Shown here piece by piece: positions 62,001 to 64,000 of a DNA stretch of 64,000 nucleotides; the first letter of the stretch is position 1; every line of letters starts with the position of its first letter. Source of the DNA: Aplysia californica (lineage: Eukaryota); assembly GCF_000002075.1 (NCBI RefSeq), contig NW_004797669.1:654548-718547 (forward strand), read 5' to 3'. Position numbers and translations under genes: made by a program. The notes under the pieces are model-generated. The model had not been told where the DNA came from. It was given only the letters and a program-made list of their open reading frames with translations, and ran no database searches.

Positions 62001-63020
62001 CCTGTTTCAGCCTAAATTTATGATCTGATAAATTCAAGTGATGTTTCTATTTATGCATTTAATTGTTTAACATACTTTTGTCACTGCGTCTGATATGTTA
62101 TGGAAATAGTTGTGCCATTAAATTGACCAAATTTTAAAATATATGTCCCTCTCCTCCTCCCCCCATTTCCAGCTCAAGCCCTCATGTCGGAGCTGCCTTG
62201 GGATTTGAGCCACAACCCCCAGGCTCTTACCCATGCGCTCTGGTTTTCTACCAGTGGGGATGGGGAGGACCCAGGTCAAGAGATAAGGACGTGTGTTCAG
62301 AGGTATGTTTTGTCAGTGTGGCCGGGCTCTTATTGTGCTCACATCTGTTTTGTTGGGAAAGTACGCTCAAAGACAAGAAAAATTTGGCCCTGAAAATTTC
62401 AAGCTTTTTGTTCAGTCAAATTTTTATGCAATGCAAAATTTGTAGAATCACAGTAACCATGGGCATTTCTACAATGTTTTATACTATTTGTCTTACAAGC
62501 CTACTAAAACTGTGGTGGTCACTGTGGTGTGGTTTGCTCATTCTTTACTATCAAATACACCCATCGTCCATATCTCTCCTTTGTCTTTTTTTCTGTTTGT
62601 TACTCTCTTGTAGCACCTCTTATCTTGGGCACTAATATGACCTTATTATGTTGCAAGTGCCGTAAAACTTTTACTAAAACTAAGCTAAAACAACCATCGT
62701 CCTTATTTCTTTTTTCTTTTTTTTGTATTTGTTACTCTCTTGTAACACCTCTACTCTTGGGCACTAGAATGACCTTATTAGTGTTGCAAGTGCAATAAAA
62801 CTCTTACTAAAAACAAAACAAAACTCACACTCACAAAATGTTCCTGACAGATCTTACCCTCTCAGAAATGTGTTGTACCTTGATGCATTAATCCATATGT
62901 GTGTCCTAAAAGGTCTTGTTGTTATTATATACTCCAGATTGCAACTGGTTCAGCAAGCGTCGGCCGTGGCACAGGCTCTGGGGAAGAAAGTTCAAGAGCT
63001 GGAGAAAGTTGTCCTAAAGG
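2575..63020 (+). CDS. MDN1: Midasin (MDN1/Rea1) AAA+ ATPase, multi-exon, 3'-partial: N-domain, six AAA modules, start of linker
   Basis: 51 GT-AG exons join in frame except at one missing exon (about 7.8 kb CDS, duplicate block excluded). Six tandem AAA modules with Walker A GPVGCGKT, GETGTGKT, GETSVGKT, GSTGIGKT, GSPGVGKT, GPQSCGKT and midasin motifs (FACMNPATDVGKKDLP, FATQNPPGLYGGRK, FATMNPGGDFGKKELSPALRNRF, FACQNPLAQGGGRKGLPQSFLNRF). N-terminus KFLPKQ|IWSKSDR resembles recalled human MDN1 RFLAKQVWTPQDR. Confidence 0.97.
3346..4174. mobile_element. pogo/Tigger-type MITE (about 830 bp)
   Basis: TA-flanked 23-bp TIRs CAGTGGAGTCCACTTATAACGAG / CAGTGGAATCCTGTTATAACGAG (20/23 match); no transposase ORF. 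Confidence 0.8.
4818..5264. mobile_element. MITE-like element with terminal inverted repeats
   Basis: Perfect 15-bp inverted core CCGGTCAATATCAGT (4831-4845 vs 5235-5249) within imperfect ends of about 28 bp. Confidence 0.65.
5318..5575 (-). mobile_element. 5'-truncated copy of SINE family C
   Basis: Collinear with 18325-18585 (gtagatctttcctaccagaagatcag, gcctactc...atcgattttagacc). Confidence 0.85.
7078..7304 (+). CDS. MDN1: MDN1 exon 2 (IWSKSDREDVLEAL...LELR)
   Basis: ttttcag| acceptor, ag|gtaagc donor, open frame. Confidence 0.88.
7848..7941 (+). CDS. MDN1: MDN1 exon 3 (FAVGFLRQ...ARHRQ)
   Basis: ttctag| and cag|gtatgc; phase 2 to 0 consistent. Confidence 0.82.
8434..8558 (+). CDS. MDN1: MDN1 exon 4 (ISDLDWCC...HKDCAVRW)
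   Basis: taaag| and tg|gtaagt; HKDCAVRW resembles recalled human SHDTLVRW. Confidence 0.82.
9136..9243 (+). CDS. MDN1: MDN1 exon 5 (YAAAAVSK...TVVV)
   Basis: tgtag| and ag|gtcagt; phase 2 to 2. Confidence 0.82.
10273..10465 (+). CDS. MDN1: MDN1 exon 6 (IDKDLLK...DLSAGVVCVMGILLPK...TSDE)
   Basis: tttcag| and gag|gttcct; phase 2 to 0. Confidence 0.82.
11172..11312. repeat. Fold-back element with inverted arms of about 50 bp; right half recurs at about 19010-19093
   Basis: gcgacctcggtgctttcttgtcatatctcc...taacagtgaaaa is mirrored by ttttcactgtta...ggagatacgacaaaaaagcactgaggtcgc. Confidence 0.7.
11460..11666 (+). CDS. MDN1: MDN1 exon 7, AAA1 Walker A (GPVGCGKT)
   Basis: tttcag| and aag|gtgaag; PVLLQGPVGCGKTSLVEHLA...IQLGDQTDSK. 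Confidence 0.95.
12225..12358 (+). mobile_element. Retroposon 3'-tail family B, about 130 bp; copies near 9885, 12225, 23130, 37840, 45895, 47985, 53640, 54150, 55290 (+) and 59428 (-)
   Basis: Shared taggtc.tacttctttacttt...tttctgtctgtctgtc...aaatgacca.tattgtgt.gatgtgcttctc...ctcaaacaaac; coordinates approximate. Confidence 0.75.
12402..12637 (+). CDS. MDN1: MDN1 exon 8, AAA1 Walker B region (WVLLEDVD)
   Basis: tgtag| and ag|gtgagg; ALLGTYCSTETPGEFVWRPGALT. Confidence 0.93.
12890..13070. mobile_element. Small TA-flanked Tc1/pogo-type MITE family; related copies near 11914-12088, 16705-16830, 27100-27270, 40450-40602
   Basis: taCAGT.AAACCTG...CAG(G/A)TTT.ACTGta-like degenerate ends with internal (g)accacct motifs. 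Confidence 0.55.
13125..13239 (+). CDS. MDN1: MDN1 exon 9
   Basis: ggcag| and cag|gtgaca; phase 2 to 0. Confidence 0.87.
13875..14035 (+). CDS. MDN1: MDN1 exon 10 (...GRLIST)
   Basis: ctcag| and ag|gtacat; joins to RDLMNW of exon 11. Confidence 0.9.
14416..14593 (+). CDS. MDN1: MDN1 exon 11 (DLMNWCRR...FLEALDCF)
   Basis: tttcag| and agg|gtgagg. Confidence 0.92.
15168..15280 (+). CDS. MDN1: MDN1 exon 12 (AKYFCSQHKP...EIGR)
   Basis: atcag| and ag|gtaagt; phase 0 to 2. Confidence 0.88.
15977..16125 (+). CDS. MDN1: MDN1 exon 13, AAA2 Walker A (GETGTGKT)
   Basis: actag| and g|gtaaga; EPILLTGETGTGKTSTVQFLA. Confidence 0.95.
16398..16458 (+). CDS. MDN1: MDN1 exon 14 (HRLHVINLNQQSDSTDFLG)
   Basis: cacag| and gg|gtatgt. 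Confidence 0.93.
16846..17083. mobile_element. piggyBac-type MITE
   Basis: TTAA-CCCTATC...GATAGGG-TTAA. Confidence 0.65.
17495..17705 (+). mobile_element. tRNA-derived SINE (family E); other copies near 19260(+), 23000(-), 26820(+), 37215(-), 46235(+), 48325(-), 48900(-)
   Basis: ggttaggctctttgc...agttc(a/g)attcc head, tgctgggatgt core and aattgtgtcgatg(g/a)ggg tail shared with 46235-46432; coordinates approximate. Confidence 0.7.
18119..18203 (+). CDS. MDN1: MDN1 exon 16 (TLFAKKQW...), after a missing exon 15
   Basis: tccag| and g|gtaatt; AAA2 insertion region. Confidence 0.85.
18325..18835 (-). mobile_element. Full-length tRNA-derived SINE (family C)
   Basis: Minus-strand head GGGGCTCTCGTGGCCTTGAGG...GGTTCGAATCC (A and B boxes), CT-rich middle, 3' hairpin tail; partial copies at 5318-5575 and 42975-43017. 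Confidence 0.85.
19847..19950 (+). CDS. MDN1: MDN1 exon 17 (...NSALAFSFLE)
   Basis: cccag| and gag|gtattc; phase 1 to 0. Confidence 0.9.
20852..20988 (+). CDS. MDN1: MDN1 exon 18, AAA2 Walker B (WVLLDEINLA)
   Basis: gtcag| and gg|gtgagt. Confidence 0.95.
21602..21706 (+). CDS. MDN1: MDN1 exon 19 (RHPDFRLFACMNPATDVGKKDLP)
   Basis: tccag| and ag|gtgagg. Confidence 0.95.
22329..22514 (+). CDS. MDN1: MDN1 exon 20 (FTEFFVEEL...DGTGHKPHY)
   Basis: ttcag| and ag|gtcagg. Confidence 0.95.
22832..22907 (+). CDS. MDN1: MDN1 exon 21 (LRTLCRAL...RSLYE)
   Basis: ctcag| and gag|gtaagc. Confidence 0.94.
23285..23580 (+). CDS. MDN1: MDN1 exon 22 (GFCLSFLSQLDRSSHP...NLKDLARVVSA)
   Basis: cctag| and gg|gtaagc. 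Confidence 0.94.
24040..24218 (+). CDS. MDN1: MDN1 exon 23, AAA3 Walker A (GETSVGKT)
   Basis: cccag| and g|gtaggc; RVNNHEHTDLQEYIGSY. Confidence 0.95.
24596..24687 (+). CDS. MDN1: MDN1 exon 24, AAA3 Walker B (WIILDELNLAP)
   Basis: tccag| and agg|gtgagt. Confidence 0.95.
24993..25109 (+). CDS. MDN1: MDN1 exon 25 (FATQNPPGLYGGRK)
   Basis: tccag| and aag|gtcagt. Confidence 0.95.
25940..26086 (+). CDS. MDN1: MDN1 exon 26 (VLSRAFRNRFIELHF)
   Basis: ttcag| and cag|gtcagt. Confidence 0.95.
26533..26680 (+). CDS. MDN1: MDN1 exon 27 (GFMTLRDLFRWAQRY)
   Basis: gttag| and g|gtgagt. Confidence 0.94.
27293..27572 (+). CDS. MDN1: MDN1 exon 28 (YMLVAGRVR...EPVLLVGST)
   Basis: cacag| and gg|gtgagt; first half of AAA4 Walker A. 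Confidence 0.95.
27982..28120 (+). CDS. MDN1: MDN1 exon 29 (IGKTTVCQ...DFLGGLRPVR)
   Basis: atcag| and gcg|gtgagt; completes GSTGIGKT. Confidence 0.95.
28874..33617 (+). repeat. Second, apparently identical copy of about 24031-28773 (MDN1 exons 23-29 repeated at 28884-29062, 29440-29531, 29837-29953, 30784-30930, 31377-31524, 32137-32416, 32826-32964); probable assembly artefact
   Basis: ORF track repeats verbatim at a constant 4844-bp offset; copies are separated by exactly 100 N (28774-28873). Confidence 0.95.
33385..33657 (+). repeat. Purine-rich (GAA/GAAAAA) low-complexity tract with repeated gaagaatt(a/g)aga; truncated copy at 28541-28773
   Basis: Seen directly. Confidence 0.9.
33692..33822 (+). 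CDS. MDN1: MDN1 exon 30, AAA4 Walker B (FLIDEISLADDSVLERLN)
   Basis: tatag| and ag|gtcagt. Confidence 0.95.
34248..34401 (+). CDS. MDN1: MDN1 exon 31 (FATMNPGGDFGKKE)
   Basis: attag| and gag|gtgagg. Confidence 0.95.
35511..35710 (+). CDS. MDN1: MDN1 exon 32 (LSPALRNRFTEIWCP)
   Basis: ttcag| and aa|gtgagt. Confidence 0.95.
36019..36215 (+). CDS. MDN1: MDN1 exon 33 (VSIRDLLSWVHFVN...HGACLVFVDSLGA)
   Basis: ctcag| and g|gtgagg. Confidence 0.93.
36930..37127 (+). CDS. MDN1: MDN1 exon 34 (...PPFSIAR)
   Basis: agcag| and g|gtattg; phase 1 to 1, open frame. Confidence 0.87.
38010..38215 (+). CDS. MDN1: MDN1 exon 35, AAA5 Walker A (GSPGVGKT)
   Basis: gccag| and acg|gtacgt; PILLEGSPGVGKTSLV...RVNLSEQT. 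Confidence 0.96.
39036..39270 (+). mobile_element. tRNA-derived SINE (family D) with (AAC)n tail
   Basis: Head gctcagttggtatcatgctggactgcgga...ggtttgattcc; homologous inverted copy near 49560-49797. Confidence 0.7.
39293..39415 (+). CDS. MDN1: MDN1 exon 36, AAA5 Walker B (WVVFDE)
   Basis: tgcag| and gag|gtacgt; DLFGADLP...FAWRDGPFL. Confidence 0.96.
40109..40306 (+). CDS. MDN1: MDN1 exon 37 (LNLASQSVLEGLNACFDHR...SFLNRFTK)
   Basis: ttcag| and aag|gtggga. Confidence 0.96.
41462..41569 (+). CDS. MDN1: MDN1 exon 38 (VYVDPL...MVDFNTK)
   Basis: tccag| and aag|gtaggc. Confidence 0.93.
41887..41994 (+). CDS. MDN1: MDN1 exon 39 (GSPWEFNLRDLFRWC)
   Basis: tccag| and cag|gttggt. Confidence 0.94.
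42630..42701 (+). CDS. MDN1: MDN1 exon 40 (NVCPGEYVGLIYKDRMRTSQDKLK)
   Basis: cgcag| and aaa|gtgagt. Confidence 0.9.
43429..43650 (+). CDS. MDN1: MDN1 exon 41 (...LESLMKCVQMSWLAIL)
   Basis: cacag| and ctg|gtgagt. Confidence 0.93.
43651..43960 (+). repeat. Minisatellite of about 50 bp starting at the exon 41 donor
   Basis: Units like gtgagttgatggtgatttgtgttttgttggtgttgagttgtggttaagg, about 6 degenerate copies. Confidence 0.85.
44443..44571 (+). CDS. MDN1: MDN1 exon 42, AAA6 Walker A (GPQSCGKT)
   Basis: cccag| and caa|gtcagt; MNSSMDTTELLGGFEQ. Confidence 0.95.
46235..46432 (+). mobile_element. tRNA-derived SINE (family E)
   Basis: Collinear with 17495-17705. Confidence 0.7.
46850..47190. 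repeat. (CA)n microsatellite with degenerate flanks
   Basis: Seen directly. Confidence 0.92.
49560..49797 (-). mobile_element. tRNA-derived SINE (family D), just downstream of the GPCR stop
   Basis: Reverse complement ggttcagttggtatcatgcaggactacgga...ggttcaaacc matches the 39036 copy. Confidence 0.7.
50059..51184 (-). CDS. Nested orphan class A GPCR, last coding exon (ECL2, TM5, long ICL3, TM6, TM7, C-tail)
   Basis: Acceptor ccctctacag|; SEFNHEVGNC (ECL2 Cys); TM5; His/Gln/Thr-rich ICL3; TM6 FVLCWYP; TM7 WTHPVTTPIFC; Gly-rich tail; TGA stop; strongly GC3-biased codons. Confidence 0.92.
52361..52539. mobile_element. TTAA-flanked MITE inside the GPCR intron
   Basis: ttaa-GCTGTCCCCGTGGTTTTATG ... 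CATAAAACCGCGGGGACAGG-ttaa (18/20 inverted match). Confidence 0.75.
52939..53258 (-). CDS. Nested orphan class A GPCR, first coding exon (N-terminus, TM1, TM2, start of TM3)
   Basis: MKVGYSL...NSS sequon; TM1 LLVVAVLGGLGNIFAMLV (GN motif); TM2 AFLFHHCLLDAVKSGFCLPF; Cys at the top of TM3 (HCDVLG); donor gg|gtatgt (an alternative donor 4 nt further on is possible). Confidence 0.88.
54415..54592 (+). mobile_element. Retroposon 3'-tail family A, about 180 bp; about 12 copies (near 10076, 14725, 36548, 42060, 47925, 48841, 54415, 54600, 55020, 60803, 62511, 62693)
   Basis: Shared ggtgctctggtgtggtttgct...ttactctcttgtaacacctctaat...gtgttgcaagtgc(c/t)gtaaaac and an (ACTAAA)-like tail; coordinates approximate. 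Confidence 0.8.
56069..56228 (+). CDS. MDN1: MDN1 exon 43 (SDPWRHV...), after the 11.5-kb intron
   Basis: gccag| and g|gtcagt; phase 0 matches exon 42 (FEQ|SDPWR). Confidence 0.87.
56825..56926 (+). CDS. MDN1: MDN1 exon 44
   Basis: tacag| and g|gtaagt; phase 1 to 1. Confidence 0.8.
57477..57783. mobile_element. Possible MITE (about 300 bp)
   Basis: Imperfect inverted ends ctggagttcatagcagtgatg / catcactgctgtgagctctag. Confidence 0.45.
57947..58109 (+). CDS. MDN1: MDN1 exon 45, AAA6 Walker B region (FEWVDSMLV...WLLVDNVNFC)
   Basis: tccag| and ag|gtaaaa. Confidence 0.94.
58205..58540 (+). repeat. Degenerate tandem repeat (ctgtttttgaaagtgctgttttt) before exon 46
   Basis: Seen directly. Confidence 0.8.
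58546..58662 (+). CDS. MDN1: MDN1 exon 46 (SVLDRLNALLEP...PHPNF)
   Basis: cccag| and ag|gtgagg. Confidence 0.95.
59263..59347 (+). CDS. MDN1: MDN1 exon 47 (LFFAMDPRYGEISRAMRNRGIEIY)
   Basis: ttcag| and gag|gttggt. Confidence 0.95.
59711..59983 (+). CDS. MDN1: MDN1 exon 48
   Basis: tccag| and aag|gtagtt; 91 open codons, phase 0 to 0. Confidence 0.88.
60477..60652 (+). CDS. MDN1: MDN1 exon 49
   Basis: ttcag| and ag|gtaggc; phase 0 to 2. Confidence 0.82.
61373..61665 (+). CDS. MDN1: MDN1 exon 50
   Basis: ctcag| and g|gtgaga; phase 2 to 1, GC-rich open frame. Confidence 0.82.
62173..62302 (+). CDS. MDN1: MDN1 exon 51 (ELPWDL)
   Basis: tccag| and ag|gtatgt; phase 1 to 2. Confidence 0.82.
62938..63020 (+). 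CDS. MDN1: MDN1 exon 52 (last confident exon in window)
   Basis: tccag| and g|gtgagt; phase 2 to 1. Confidence 0.75.
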
Positions 63021-63044
63021 GTGAGTGCCTTTGTGTTTGAGCCT

Positions 63045-63215
63045 AGTTGTGTGTCAGTGACTGTTGTGTGTCAGTAACTTTTATGTCTGTCGGTGACTGT
63101 TATGTGTCAGTGGCTTTTGTGTTTCAGTGACTTGTGTGTGTCAGAGACTTTTGTGTGTCAATGACTGTTGTGTGTCTGTGGTTTTTGTGTTTGTGTTTCA
63201 GTGACTGTTGGGTCA

Positions 63216-63285
<70 letters not shown>
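63045..63285 (+). repeat. Degenerate (gtgtgtcagtgactgtt) repeats followed by (TCTG)n
   Basis: Seen directly. Confidence 0.88.
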
Positions 63286-63286
<1 letters not shown>

Positions 63287-64000
63287 CCTACGTCTGTCTG
63301 TATGTCTTTTTGTCTGTCGGTGTGGCAATACAATTACAGTCACAAACTCAAAATTATTGAAATGAAAAAGTGCTGCTTTTGTGGGTTATCAAGTTCCATG
63401 TAGGGTATTTCTTAGGAAAAAAGAAATCAAGTATAGAACAGAACAACCGGTCTAGTCTTGTGTTAGAGACCCCTTTTTAAAAGACTAGTGTGCAAAAATT
63501 GATCAGATTTGAACTTTGAAATTTGATTTTCTCTCCCCCTGAAATTGTGGCTGGCTTTGATCGCTTTTCTTTTTCTATTGTGTTTTCAATTAGGGTCCGT
63601 TTTCAGCTGTAGCAGCAAACGAACTTTGCTATTGCCTCTTTTTTTTCTTCAACAAGCCGAAAAAACAGTGAAAACGTGGACGGTTCTGACATGTAACAGG
63701 TCCCAATCTTTTCGTCTGGTCTTGGCTCTTTGAAGTGGTTGGTGGAGCAAGCACTTTGAACTAACGCTTGTTCTAACTTCTAGTATATACAACTGAGAAT
63801 CTCGTTCCAGCTAGCCCTTTCGCTCCCCCTGTCTCCCTCTCTTTCTCGCTTTCATCCTGTTTCTCTTTTTGTCTGTTTCTGTGTTGCATTCTTTATCTGT
63901 TTGTCTCTGTCCGTCTGCATATCTGTCTGTCTCCACCCCTCCTCCCCTCTCTCTGTCTCGTTACCATCCTCCCCCCCACCCCTCCCTTCCCAACAAAAAA

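Noticed and set aside
63594-63699. Further MDN1 exon (tag|ggtcc...aacag|gtccca)
   Set aside because: Phase fits, but the donor is weak, the coding region contains a T run and I see no recognisable homology

Overview
Eukaryotic (animal) genomic DNA from a gappy draft assembly with nine N-runs. The repeat landscape looks invertebrate, possibly molluscan (inference only). Nearly the whole window is the 5' half of midasin (MDN1/Rea1, the giant AAA+ ATPase of 60S ribosome maturation) on the + strand. I traced 51 phase-consistent GT-AG exons from an ATG at 2575 to 63020 (about 2,600 codons), covering the N-terminal domain, all six AAA modules and the start of the linker. One further exon is missing and probably lies in the gap at 17233-17385; the gene runs past the window end. 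Exons 23-29 appear twice as an apparently identical copy offset by 4844 bp across a 100-N gap, almost certainly an assembly artefact. The largest intron (44572-56068) holds a nested antisense, intron-containing class A orphan GPCR gene with SREB-like (GPR27/85/173) features, whose TM3-TM4 exon(s) fall in a gap. Introns carry tRNA-derived SINEs, short retroposon 3'-tail families sharing a covarying terminal hairpin, pogo/piggyBac-type MITEs, microsatellites and decayed copies of exon boundaries. No prokaryotic features, CRISPR arrays or true tRNA/rRNA genes were seen. I did not find a clearly novel system; the nested GPCR and the shared retroposon hairpin are the best leads.
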